From an uncultured Bacilli bacterium (GTDB lineage Bacteria; Bacillota_I; Bacilli_A; RF39; UBA660): DNA of 64,000 bases. Below the pieces are notes generated by a model. The model was not told where the DNA came from. It did not search any database and was given only the letters and a program-made list of their open reading frames with translations. Location: positions 199,589 through 263,588 of the forward strand of contig CAKOQC010000001.1 in NCBI GenBank assembly GCA_934101175.1. Direction: 5' to 3'. Within the stretch, counting starts at the first letter, position 1. Every line of letters starts with the position of its first letter. Shown one piece after another: positions 9,262-19,134 of this stretch. Made by a program: the position numbers and the translations under genes.

Positions 9262-12200
9262 TTATATTTTATCTACTCTAATTTTAACCTTATATTCATT
9301 AATATCATAACTATCAGTTAAATCACTAGCTTCATTAAATTCTACTGCTAAAGTCTCATCCATAATATTAGTAATAAATTCACTAATAGCGTTCGTATAT
9401 TCCTTACTTCCTTCATAAAAGACTTTAACTCTATCAGTAATTTCAAAGCCATTATTCTTTCTAATTTGTTGAATTTTTGAAATAGTTTCTCTTGCTAATC
9501 CTTCATTAACTAATTCTGAAGTAAGAGTTGTATTAAGTACTATAAAGTTATTATCCTTATAAGTAGCATCAAATCCTTCTTTAGATTCTACTCTTATATC
9601 TACCATTCCAGGCTCTATTGTAAATTCTTCTCCTGATAAAGTAACAACTACCCCTTCATCATTTCTAAGTTTATTAACTTCATCCATTGATAACTTACTA
9701 AGTACTTCTTGGAATTCTTTAATTTTAGGCCCAAGTATCTTTCCTACTTCTTTAAAGTTAGGTTTAACTATAAAGTTAATATAAGTGCCAAGATTATCTT
9801 CAAATACTACTTCTTTAACATTAAGTTCTTCTTTAATAAGTTCTACTAAATCACTAATAATCTTCTTATTTTTACTATCGATTATTACTTCACTAATAGG
9901 TTGTCTTACTTTTATCTTAGCTTCTTCTCTAGCATTCCTGCCAAGACTAATCAAATCTCTTACTAAGTCCATCTTCTCTTCAATCTTATCTTGATATTTT
10001 GTCTTATCTACTACTGGATAATCCGCTAAGTGTACACTTTCACATCCTGTTAAATTACGATATATTTCTTCTGTAATAAATGGACTAATTGGAGCCATCA
10101 ATCTACATAATCCTTCTAATACTTGATAAGTAGTTTGATATACTGCCTTCTTACTATTATTAAGTTCACTACCCCAGAATCTTCTTCTATTTCTTCTAAT
10201 ATACCAATTAGATAAATCTTCATTTAAGAAATTATTAATAGCTCTAGTAGCTTTATTTAAATCATATTCATCCATTGCTTCTGTAACATATTCTACTAAC
10301 TTATTATATTTAGATAATAACCATTTATCTATCTCATCTATATCTTCATAAGCTACTTCAAAATCTTTAGGATCCAAGTTATCTGCATTAGCATACATTT
10401 GGAAGAATGTATAAGTATTTTTAAGTGTACTAAATGTTTTAGACTGTATTTCTTTAATTCCATCTTCATCAAATTTTAAAGGTGTCCATACTGGTGAAGC
10501 ATATAACATATAAAATCTAGTAGCATCTGCTCCATACTTATGTAAAACACTAAATGGTTCTACTGCATTGCCTTTACTCTTATGCATCTTTTGTCCAAAT
10601 TTATCAAGTACTAAATCATTAACTAAAACGTTCTTATATGGTGCACATCCTTCTAAGAATGTAGATATTACTATTAGTGAATAGAACCATCCTCTTGTTT
10701 GATCTATTCCTTCACAAATAAAATCTGCTGGAAATTGTTCTTTCCATAATTCTTTATTTTCAAATGGATAATGATATTGTGCAAAAGGCATACTACCAGA
10801 ATCAAACCAGCAGTCAATTACATCTTTAACCCTAGTCATTACTCCCCCACACTTAGGACATTTAATATGTACATCATCTACATAAGGTCTATGTAATTCG
10901 ATATTTTCATCTATCTTCTCTATTGCTCTTTCACATAGCTCACATCTAGAACCAATCATCTCATCATGTCCACATTCACATCTCCATAAAGGTATTGGTG
11001 TACCCCAATATCTATTTCTAGAAATAGCCCAATCATTCAAATTCTCAAGCCAATTACCAAATCTTTTTTCTCCAACAAACTCAGGATACCAATTAACTTT
11101 CTTATTAGCTTCAACTATTTTATCTTTAAATGCTGTAACTTTTATATATAAACTAGGTTTAGAATAATATACTAGTGGTGTCTTACATCTCCAACAATGA
11201 GGATAATTATGTACCATTTTTTGTTTCTTAAATAATTTATCTTCTCCTGCTAAATATTTAATTATTTCAAGTTCAAGTTCAGAATCTACTACAAGTCTTC
11301 CTTTCCAAGGCCCTTCTTTATAGCATCCTGCTTCATCTACTGGATTAATCATTGGTAAATTATATTTAAGTCCTACTTCGTAGTCATCTTGTCCAAAAGC
11401 TGGTGCAATATGTACTATACCAGTACCATCTTCCATTGTAACATAATCAGCACAAGTAATAAAGAAAGCTTTTCCTGGTACTTTTATTATTGGTAATAAT
11501 TGTTCATATTCCATATATTCAAGATCTTTACCTAAATATTCTTCTACTATTTCATATCCTTCTCCAAGAACCTTATCAGCTAATTTCTTAGCTACTATAA
11601 AGTTATATCCTTTACTAGCACATTTAACATACTCTTCATTAGGATTAACACAAGCTGCTACATTAGCAAGAAGTGTCCAAGGTGTAGTAGTCCATACAAG
11701 TAAATAAGTATTATCCATATTCTTTAATTTAAATGGTACTGTTACTGTATTAACTGATACTTCCTTGTATCCTTGTGCTACTTCATGACTAGCAAGCCCT
11801 GTTCCACATCTAGGACAATATGGTAGTATCTTAAGTCCATCATATATTAACCCTTCATCAAAGAATTTCTTTAGTATCCACCATTCAGTCTCAATATAAT
11901 TATTATCATATGTAATATAAGGATGTTCTAGATCAATAAATTGTCCTAATTCTTCAGTAAATTCACGAAAAGCCTTTTCATTTTTCCAAACAGATTCACG
12001 ACATTTCTCATTAAATTCTTTTATTCCATATTTTTCAATATCGTTCTTTCCTTCAAATCCTAGTTCTTTTTCTACTTGTACTTCAACAGGAAGTCCATGT
12101 GTATCCCAACCTATCTTTCTAAGTACACGATATCCTTTCATTGTTTTATATTTACAAAATGTATCTTTAAGTAATTTTGCTAATATATGATGTACTCCTG

Positions 12201-12363
12201 GCATTCCATTAGCAGTAGCAGGTCCATCATAGAAAACAAAATCTTCACTATCTTTTCTATTTTCTATTTGACGTTCAGTTATTTTATTAACTCCACCCCA
12301 AGATTCATCAATACTCTTCTCAACTTCACTTACTTCTCTTTTATCAAGTTCCTTAAATTTCAT
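9262..12363 (-). CDS. ileS: isoleucine--tRNA ligase (long 1033-aa form)
   Basis: Class I aaRS with 'KMHKSKGN' (KMSKS) and the CP1 editing domain. 'CPKCGG...CWFDSGSMPFAQ' and the overall length fit the type 2 IleRS lineage. Confidence 0.9.
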   Translation of the reverse strand: MKFKELDKREVSEVEKSIDESWGGVNKITERQIENRKDSEDFVFYDGPATANGMPGVHHILAKLLKDTFCKYKTMKGYRVLRKIGWDTHGLPVEVQVEKELGFEGKNDIEKYGIKEFNEKCRESVWKNEKAFREFTEELGQFIDLEHPYITYDNNYIETEWWILKKFFDEGLIYDGLKILPYCPRCGTGLASHEVAQGYKEVSVNTVTVPFKLKNMDNTYLLVWTTTPWTLLANVAACVNPNEEYVKCASKGYNFIVAKKLADKVLGEGYEIVEEYLGKDLEYMEYEQLLPIIKVPGKAFFITCADYVTMEDGTGIVHIAPAFGQDDYEVGLKYNLPMINPVDEAGCYKEGPWKGRLVVDSELELEIIKYLAGEDKLFKKQKMVHNYPHCWRCKTPLVYYSKPSLYIKVTAFKDKIVEANKKVNWYPEFVGEKRFGNWLENLNDWAISRNRYWGTPIPLWRCECGHDEMIGSRCELCERAIEKIDENIELHRPYVDDVHIKCPKCGGVMTRVKDVIDCWFDSGSMPFAQYHYPFENKELWKEQFPADFICEGIDQTRGWFYSLIVISTFLEGCAPYKNVLVNDLVLDKFGQKMHKSKGNAVEPFSVLHKYGADATRFYMLYASPVWTPLKFDEDGIKEIQSKTFSTLKNTYTFFQMYANADNLDPKDFEVAYEDIDEIDKWLLSKYNKLVEYVTEAMDEYDLNKATRAINNFLNEDLSNWYIRRNRRRFWGSELNNSKKAVYQTTYQVLEGLCRLMAPISPFITEEIYRNLTGCESVHLADYPVVDKTKYQDKIEEKMDLVRDLISLGRNAREEAKIKVRQPISEVIIDSKNKKIISDLVELIKEELNVKEVVFEDNLGTYINFIVKPNFKEVGKILGPKIKEFQEVLSKLSMDEVNKLRNDEGVVVTLSGEEFTIEPGMVDIRVESKEGFDATYKDNNFIVLNTTLTSELVNEGLARETISKIQQIRKNNGFEITDRVKVFYEGSKEYTNAISEFITNIMDETLAVEFNEASDLTDSYDINEYKVKIRVDKI

Positions 12364-12907
12364 TTTTATATTCCTCCTCTAATTTTAAATTATTTAATTC
12401 TTCTAATGTATATCCTTCTGATAAGTATATATCTTGTACATTATCATAAACAGCCATACTATAATCAAGTCCCAATCTATTAAATACCTTCTTAATATCT
12501 TCTTCACACTTACCTTCAAATTCTACATAGGTATTTAATCCAGGCCAAGTATCTATATCTATCTCTACTGTATCTAATATATATCGTATCCGTCTATTTT
12601 CCTGAATACTTCTCTTTATATATCCTAATTTTTCAAGTAATAAATCAGTCTTATCAAAATCATTTACTTCTATTTCTAATTCTTCTACTCCTGATACACT
12701 ATTTTCATGATATTCTTTAATAGTCAAAGTAGTCTTTTCTCCATTAGTTCTAAGTCTTATCCATCTATTTTCATCACCTGGTTTAAAATCATAAATATAT
12801 CTTCTCTGTATCCATTTTCCAATATATTCTGCCTGATTATCCTTAAGTATCTTTATAAAGTCTTCCATATTAATATTTAATAATCTTACTTCATATTCTT
12901 TATTCAT
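12353..12907 (-). CDS. CYTH-domain protein (class IV adenylyl cyclase / triphosphatase-like)
   Basis: 184 aa; an 'EVRL' N-terminal strand and an acidic E-x-E pattern typical of the CYTH tunnel fold. GGAGG RBS precedes the ATG; the 3' end overlaps the ileS start by 11 nt, so the two are co-transcribed. Confidence 0.6.
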   Translation of the reverse strand: MNKEYEVRLLNINMEDFIKILKDNQAEYIGKWIQRRYIYDFKPGDENRWIRLRTNGEKTTLTIKEYHENSVSGVEELEIEVNDFDKTDLLLEKLGYIKRSIQENRRIRYILDTVEIDIDTWPGLNTYVEFEGKCEEDIKKVFNRLGLDYSMAVYDNVQDIYLSEGYTLEELNNLKLEEEYKNEI

Positions 12908-12916
12908 TTTACCTCC

Positions 12917-13140
12917 AAAAAAAAGCCCTTAATTTCTAGGGACGACATCTATATCGCGGTACCACCCTAGTTCACTAAGTGCTCTCTTTATCTATAACGG
13001 TATTATACCGATTTAATCTACTTATCGATTAAATACATCAGAAGTGATTTAGATTATAACATCTATATAGTTTTCCACCAAACAACTACTCTCTATTATA
13101 TATTTATAATCTCGTCTTCGTCTCTTGTTTTAACAAATCT
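12917..13140 (-). promoter_or_regulatory. T-box riboswitch leader (Ile; AUC specifier) with intrinsic terminator
   Basis: Minus strand carries AACUAGGGUGGUACCGCG (the T-box motif), an F-box CCGUUA and AGAGA elements. Stem I (GAUUAUAA/UUAUAAUC) has a specifier loop UAAAUCA, i.e. AUC followed by a purine. A terminator hairpin GUCCCUAG...AAGGGC plus U8 ends directly at the RBS of the CYTH gene. Confidence 0.8.
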
Positions 13141-13145
13141 CTTTA

Positions 13146-13174
13146 ATTATATAATAACTTAATATTTATGTCAA
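13146..13174 (-). promoter_or_regulatory. consensus sigma-A promoter driving the T-box leader (TTGACA-17-TATAAT)
   Basis: Minus strand reads ttgacataaatattaagttattaTATAAT immediately 5' of the leader. Confidence 0.5.
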
Positions 13175-13229
13175 CCATCTTTTTCTTCTTCTGTAATTAT
13201 TAAGTATTTTTCTATATCATTTAATTATA

Positions 13230-13553
13230 TTATTTATATCCTAATCTTTCTAAAGCCATCCAAGTAAAAGGAGTTACTTTATCTTTATCTATATCTTTAA
13301 TATCTACCCATACACCTCCAAGAGAATCTATTCCATCTCCCGTTTCCCTTAATTTATTATCATCTATTTCTACTAAATAAAGTATTCCTATATGATGCAA
13401 ATCTTCTATTAAATTATCGTCTACTTGCCACTTAAACGTCTTAGAAACAACATCTAATAATTGTTCTTTAACTACTCCTACTGAAACTTCTTCCATAAGT
13501 TCTCTATATAAAGCCTCTTTAGGTTCTTCATCATGTTCTATACCTCCACCAGG
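13230..13553 (-). pseudogene. Nudix hydrolase gene fragment (C-terminal ~108 aa, N-terminus missing)
   Basis: Extending the 88-aa ORF upstream in frame gives 'PGGGIEHDEEPKEALYRELMEEVSVGV', a Nudix box GX5EX7REUXEEXGU, preceded directly by an in-frame TAG. There is no N-terminal half or start codon. Confidence 0.45.
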
Positions 13554-13925
13554 CTAAATGATTTTAAAATATTAGTTGCCCATCTTCTAAATTGTGTAGC
13601 TCTTATTGAATTTACTCTATATCCAACAGAGATTATTGCATCTAGATTATAATATTCTGTTTGATACTTCTTACCATCAGCAGCAGTATGTTCCATTTTG
13701 GAACATACTGAATTTTTGTCTAATTCATTATCTTCAAATATATTTAATAAATGCTTTGTAATAGCAGGTCTTTGAACATCAAACAATTCCGCTATTGCTC
13801 TTTGTGTCATCCATAAGGTTTCATTTTCATATCTAACTTGAATACCTTTATCCTTCTCCTGAAGTTTAAATGTTATAAATTCTTCAGTACTACTTCTAAT
13901 AATTAAATCCTTTGCTAATTATATC
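13538..13925 (-). pseudogene. RhuM-family virulence-protein gene remnant (N-terminal ~130 aa only)
   Basis: Frame reads 'LAKDLIIRSSTEEFITFKLQEKDKGIQVRYENETLWMTQRAIAELFDVQRPAITKHLLNIF...AADGKKYQTEYYNLDAIISVGYRVNSIRATQFRRWAT', the conserved RhuM N-terminal domain. There is no ATG at the 5' end (a stop lies immediately upstream), and the protein stops about 200 aa short of full-length RhuM (~330 aa). Confidence 0.5.
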
Positions 13926-14027
13926 ACCCCTAGCAACATAAGTATATAATATGAACAAACGTTTGTCAATGCATTTTACGTAATTTAATAAAAATTAATA
14001 AAGATTATTATTGCATAAAATAAATAA

Positions 14028-14417
14028 TCATTTATTCTTCTTAATTTTTCTTATTTTCTTCTTACTATTACCAAAATTATTCTCTTTTTTATTATCCATA
14101 GTAGGTCTATTTCTTATAATAATTCCATCACTTACTCTTATTAATTGATAATCACTTAAAGGATTAATTAAATATTCATCCATCTCTTTCCTTAATGGTA
14201 TCTTATCAAAGAACTTTATTAAATATTTTTCTTCATTTCTAGATATCATGTAATAGTCTTCATCCCCAATTTGTCTTCCGTCAGGAAGTATTATTCTAGT
14301 TGTACTATTATTACATTTCAAGCAATCTATTACTGAACACATTAAAGATGGATCATAATAACTGCAATCATCATTTATCATTGTCTTAATTTTAAGTACT
14401 CCCTCATTTTCTTTCAT
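14028..14417 (-). CDS. hypothetical Cys-containing small protein (129 aa, basic C-terminal tail)
   Basis: ORF with a GGAGGAG RBS. Cys cluster 'DCSYYDPSLMCSVIDCLKC'. Lies downstream of, and on the same strand as, the topoisomerase B gene. Confidence 0.35.
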   Translation of the reverse strand: MKENEGVLKIKTMINDDCSYYDPSLMCSVIDCLKCNNSTTRIILPDGRQIGDEDYYMISRNEEKYLIKFFDKIPLRKEMDEYLINPLSDYQLIRVSDGIIIRNRPTMDNKKENNFGNSKKKIRKIKKNK

Positions 14418-14483
14418 ATTTTCTCCTCCTTATTAATTTATATGTGAAAAGAAATATCAATTTCTATCTATGATATTTCTTGT

Positions 14484-16385
14484 CTATATTTTATATGCAT
14501 CTTCTAATGAAAACTCTACATTTTCATTAATCCAATTCTTTCTAGGTTCAACAGCATCTCCCATTAGTATTGATACTCTCTTCTCAGCTAATGCTCCGTC
14601 AATAATATTTACTTTTACTAAATTTCTATATTTTGGATCCATTGTTGTATCACATAATTGATCTGCATTCATTTCTCCTAGTCCTTTATATCTTTGTATT
14701 TTATAATTACTTTTTCCTGCTGTCATCTTTTTAAGTTCTTCATTAGTCCAAAGGTAATTATCATGTCCTCCTATACTAAGCTTATATAATGGTGGCATTG
14801 CTATAAATAATCTACCATTCTCTATAAGTGGCCTCATATATCTATAGAAGAATGTTAATAATAAACATTGAATATGTGCTCCATCATCATCAGCATCGGT
14901 CATAATAATTACTTTTCCATAATTACATTCTTTTATATCAAAATCATTTCCAATACCAGCTCCAATAGTATGTATCAAGGTATTAATTTCTTCATTCTTA
15001 AATATATCTTCTAATTTAGCTTTCTCTGTATTAATAACTTTTCCTCTTAAAGGTAATATTGCCTGGGTTTTTCTATCTCTTCCTTGTTTAGCAGATCCAC
15101 CAGCAGAATCTCCCTCTACGATAAATAATTCGCATTTCTCTCTATCTCTACTTTGAGCAGGAGTTAACTTACCACTAAGAATTTTTTCTATCTTCTTATT
15201 ATCTTTTCCTTTACGAGTTTCTTCTCTTGCTTTTCTAGCAGCTTCTCTTGCTTCTTTACCTTTTAATGCTTTGCTAACTATCTGAGTTGCTACTGCATTA
15301 TTTTCTTCTAAGAAAAATCTAAGTTTTTCTGTAACAATTGCTTCTACTATTGTTCTTGCTACTGGTGTTCCTAATTTAGATTTTGTCTGTCCTTCAAATT
15401 GTAAAATTGCTTCTGGTATTTGTACTGAAATAATTGCTGTAAGTCCTTCTCTAACATCAGATCCTTCAAAAGCTTTATCTTTTCCCTTAACAAAGCCTTT
15501 TTCTTTAGCATAATCATTAAGTACTTTTGTAATAGCGGTCTTAAATCCTACTTCATGTGTACCACCATCAGGTGTCTTAACATTATTAACAAATGAAATA
15601 ATATTTTCGCTATAACTATCTGTATATTGCATTCCAATACTAACATTGACCTTATCTTTTACAGCACTAAAGCAAAGTATTTTATGAAGTGGTGTCTTTC
15701 CTTCATTTAAATATTCACAAAAAGCATGAAGTCCATTCTCATAACAATATTTTTCTGATCTATCTTCTATTTCATCAACTATCTCTATTGTAAGTCCATT
15801 AATCAAAAAAGCACATTCTTGCATTCTCTCACATATCGTTGAATAATTAAAAGTAGTTGTCTCAAAAATGGTCTTATCTGGTTTAAATCTAACTGTTGTA
15901 CCTGTTCTTGAACTAGTACCAATCTTCTTAAGAGGAACTTCTACATGTCCTCCATTAGAAAACTTAATATAGTATTCTCCCTTATCTCTTCTAGTAGTAA
16001 CTTCCATCCATTCTGATAATGCATTAACTACAGAAGCACCAACGCCATGTAGTCCTCCAGACACTTTATATCCACCATCAGAAAACTTACCACCAGCATG
16101 TAGTACTGTATATATAACCTCAGGTGTACTCTTCCCTGAAGAATGCATTCCTGTAGGAATTCCTCTACCTCTATCACTAACACTAATAGAACCATCAGTA
16201 TGCATTATAATCTTTATATAATCTCCAAATCCATTTAACGCTTCATCTACACAGTTATCTACTATTTCCCAAATAAGATGATGAAGACCTCTCTTATCCG
16301 TTGATCCTATATACATACCAGGTCTTTTTCTAACTGCTTCAAGACCTTCTAATATTTTTATACTATTTTCATTGTAATTATCCAT
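14484..16385 (-). CDS. type IIA DNA topoisomerase subunit B (GyrB/ParE family)
   Basis: GHKL ATPase 'RKRPGMYIGS', a transducer domain, and Toprim 'IVEGDSAGGS' with 'PLRGK'. Start moved to the second ATG (MDNYNENSIKILEGLE), which has a GGGAAGAG RBS. There is no gyrA/parC neighbour. Confidence 0.85.
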   Translation of the reverse strand: MDNYNENSIKILEGLEAVRKRPGMYIGSTDKRGLHHLIWEIVDNCVDEALNGFGDYIKIIMHTDGSISVSDRGRGIPTGMHSSGKSTPEVIYTVLHAGGKFSDGGYKVSGGLHGVGASVVNALSEWMEVTTRRDKGEYYIKFSNGGHVEVPLKKIGTSSRTGTTVRFKPDKTIFETTTFNYSTICERMQECAFLINGLTIEIVDEIEDRSEKYCYENGLHAFCEYLNEGKTPLHKILCFSAVKDKVNVSIGMQYTDSYSENIISFVNNVKTPDGGTHEVGFKTAITKVLNDYAKEKGFVKGKDKAFEGSDVREGLTAIISVQIPEAILQFEGQTKSKLGTPVARTIVEAIVTEKLRFFLEENNAVATQIVSKALKGKEAREAARKAREETRKGKDNKKIEKILSGKLTPAQSRDREKCELFIVEGDSAGGSAKQGRDRKTQAILPLRGKVINTEKAKLEDIFKNEEINTLIHTIGAGIGNDFDIKECNYGKVIIMTDADDDGAHIQCLLLTFFYRYMRPLIENGRLFIAMPPLYKLSIGGHDNYLWTNEELKKMTAGKSNYKIQRYKGLGEMNADQLCDTTMDPKYRNLVKVNIIDGALAEKRVSILMGDAVEPRKNWINENVEFSLEDAYKI

Positions 16386-16499
16386 CTGTATCACTCTTCC
16401 CAAGTATAATTTTATCATATATTTTATCTTTTTTCAAATTACTTTACAAATATTTTTATATATTATGTAAATATCTATATTTAAAAAGAAAAAGAGAAT

Positions 16500-17603
16500 C
16501 TACATTTCTCTTATTTCATCCTTAATACTTCTTATTTTCTTTTTAAATCCAGGACTAACTAGTTCTGTATCTTTAGGTACTAATGTATAATTAATAATCC
16601 CTCTAAAGGTATTTAGTGATGTATGAGAGCTTCTAGAAGTACCTTCACACATCATAAATTCACTAGCAGATAATTCTAGATAACTTTTAACTGCTTCTCT
16701 AAATACTTCTTCATTCATCTCTTCATATTTAAATACTGCTATCTTAGTATATTTAATTCCATTATATGGTTCCATTATAAGTACATACATCTTATCATAT
16801 ATTTCATATAAATAATTCATATAGCTAATCTCTCTATTATCATTAGTATAAGCATAATCTTTATATAAATAATCATAGCTATCTAATATTTCTAATCTTG
16901 CTGAAGCTTCAATTACTGGATTAATTCTCTCTTTACTCTTATCACTAGTTACCCCTTTATCTCTCCTAATAACAGTATCTTTTTTGGGTTCTAAATAACA
17001 AATACCCTTCATTACATCATTATTTTTAGTTACATCTTCTTGATACATCCCATTTAAATAATCAATATACTTCTTAATTTTATCTACACACTCTTCTAAT
17101 TCTTCTTGATAATCAACTAAATCTAAGATACTAATCCCACTATTACGTAATCTATAATAATTATTAGTAGCCATCTTTCTAACTCTTTTATTCTCTAATA
17201 AAACTTTATCCTTCAAGCTTAAATTCATCTTCTTAATATCTTCCCTTATAGTCATTCTTTCTTCTTCTAAAGTTCTAAGCATATAAGCTTCTTCAAGAAG
17301 TCTCTTCTCAGATATTCCCCCAAAAGAAAAGTCTACTGATAAATTATTACAATTAGATATTATAACATTAGCAACACATTTTTTATCTTTAGCATGTAAA
17401 TATAAATTTCCTATCTTATCATATTCAAGTATATATTCTTCAACTCCAAGTTCAAAAAAACTAGTACTTTTTCTTAATTGATCTAATATTACTTGATTAA
17501 TTACATCAGGAAAATATGAATAATTAACTATAATATTCTTAAAAGGTATTCCCTTTTCTTTAATATATTTATCTATTTCATCTAAAAATGAATAATACAT
17601 CAA
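16500..17603 (-). CDS. hypothetical protein (367 aa), upstream of and co-oriented with the topoisomerase B gene
   Basis: ORF only; no recognisable motifs. Confidence 0.35.
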   Translation of the reverse strand: MMYYSFLDEIDKYIKEKGIPFKNIIVNYSYFPDVINQVILDQLRKSTSFFELGVEEYILEYDKIGNLYLHAKDKKCVANVIISNCNNLSVDFSFGGISEKRLLEEAYMLRTLEEERMTIREDIKKMNLSLKDKVLLENKRVRKMATNNYYRLRNSGISILDLVDYQEELEECVDKIKKYIDYLNGMYQEDVTKNNDVMKGICYLEPKKDTVIRRDKGVTSDKSKERINPVIEASARLEILDSYDYLYKDYAYTNDNREISYMNYLYEIYDKMYVLIMEPYNGIKYTKIAVFKYEEMNEEVFREAVKSYLELSASEFMMCEGTSRSSHTSLNTFRGIINYTLVPKDTELVSPGFKKKIRSIKDEIREM

Positions 17604-17886
17604 AATTCCTTCTTTCTAATCCTTTTTTCTCATTCGTCCAAATATAATAGCATACTTTAGTTCGCCTGTCAAGAAAAACATCTCATGATTATTATTCTCA
17701 TAATAAATTTATTCTCATATCACTTTCATAACATTGTTTAACTAAATATATTGTGATATAATAATACTACTTAAGAAATATTAATATGATATAAAGTATC
17801 TTATATATAATACCTAATATTAATCAAAAAAATACTCATATTATGTCATATATTAATTTTTATAAATAGAAAGGACAAAACTTATT

Positions 17887-19089
17887 ATGGAAGAATTATT
17901 AGCTACTAAAATGCGTCCCAAAAATTTATCTGAGGTAATTGGTCAAACTCATCTTATTGGTAAAGATAAAATTATCTCTAATCTTGTTAAAAATAAGAAA
18001 ATATTTTCTATGATTTTATATGGTAAACCAGGTACTGGTAAAACTTCTATTGCTCTAGCTATCGTATCTGAATTAGATGTTAAATATCGTCTATTAAATG
18101 CTGTTAGTAATAATAAAAAAGATTTTGATACCGTCATAAATGAAGCTAAAATGTATAATGGTCTTATCCTAATAATTGATGAAATTCATCGTATGAATAA
18201 AGATAAACAAGACTTACTACTTCCTGTATTAGAAAGTGGTCTCATAACTCTAATAGGTCTAACTACCTCTAATCCCTATCACAGTATCAATCCTGCTATA
18301 AGAAGTAGATGTCAACTATTTGAACTAAAAGATTTATCTAAAGAAGATATTATTCTAGCTATAAATAATGTCAAATCTTCTAACTATCTTCCTGATTTGC
18401 AAATAGATAATGATGCTATCGAATATATCGCTAATTTATCTAAAAATGATTTAAGATATGCTTATAATCTTCTTGAAGTAGCTTATTATTCTACAGAAGA
18501 TTATCACATAACTACTGATAAATTAATTAAGATAAGTAATAAGCCTAATATCTTTCATGATAAAAATCAAGATGGTTATTATGATTTACTTAGTGCTTTT
18601 CAAAAATCTATTCGCGGTAGTGATGTTCATGCCTCAGTATATTATCTTGCTAGATTAATTGAAGGCGGTGAATTAGAAGCCATCACCAGAAGAATGGCTG
18701 TTATTGTCTATGAAGATATTGGTCTTGCTAATCCCGGTATGGGTCCTAAAGTCATGGCTGCTATTGATAGTGCTTTAATGTTAGGTCTACCAGAAGCAAG
18801 AATTCCCTTATCTGCTGCTGTAATCGAAATGGCCCTATCTCCAAAAAGTAATAGTGCTGAAGCTGCTATAGATACCGCCATTAGTCTTATTGATAATACC
18901 GGTAGCGGTAATGTTCCAAGTCACTTAAAGAACCCAAGCAAAGATTATAAATACCCCCATGATTATAAAAATAGTTACGTTAAGCAACAATATCTTCCAG
19001 ATAATATTAAAAATACTAAAATATATAAACCAAGAGAAAATAAAAATGAACTTATCTTAAAAGATATCATGGAGCGTCTTGAAAAATAA
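17887..19089 (+). CDS. rarA: replication-associated recombination protein A (AAA+ ATPase)
   Basis: Walker A 'YGKPGTGKTS', Walker B 'ILIIDEIHR', sensor motifs and the MgsA C-terminal domain; 400 aa. Confidence 0.8.
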   Translation: MEELLATKMRPKNLSEVIGQTHLIGKDKIISNLVKNKKIFSMILYGKPGTGKTSIALAIVSELDVKYRLLNAVSNNKKDFDTVINEAKMYNGLILIIDEIHRMNKDKQDLLLPVLESGLITLIGLTTSNPYHSINPAIRSRCQLFELKDLSKEDIILAINNVKSSNYLPDLQIDNDAIEYIANLSKNDLRYAYNLLEVAYYSTEDYHITTDKLIKISNKPNIFHDKNQDGYYDLLSAFQKSIRGSDVHASVYYLARLIEGGELEAITRRMAVIVYEDIGLANPGMGPKVMAAIDSALMLGLPEARIPLSAAVIEMALSPKSNSAEAAIDTAISLIDNTGSGNVPSHLKNPSKDYKYPHDYKNSYVKQQYLPDNIKNTKIYKPRENKNELILKDIMERLEK

Positions 19090-19094
19090 TAAAA

Positions 19095-19132
19095 ATAACA
19101 GAGTAAAGTCTAACTCTAACTCTGTTATTTTT
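19095..19132 (+). terminator. putative intrinsic terminator after rarA
   Basis: AACAGAG...CTCTGTT inverted repeat followed by a T8 run. Confidence 0.4.
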
Positions 19133-19134
19133 TT

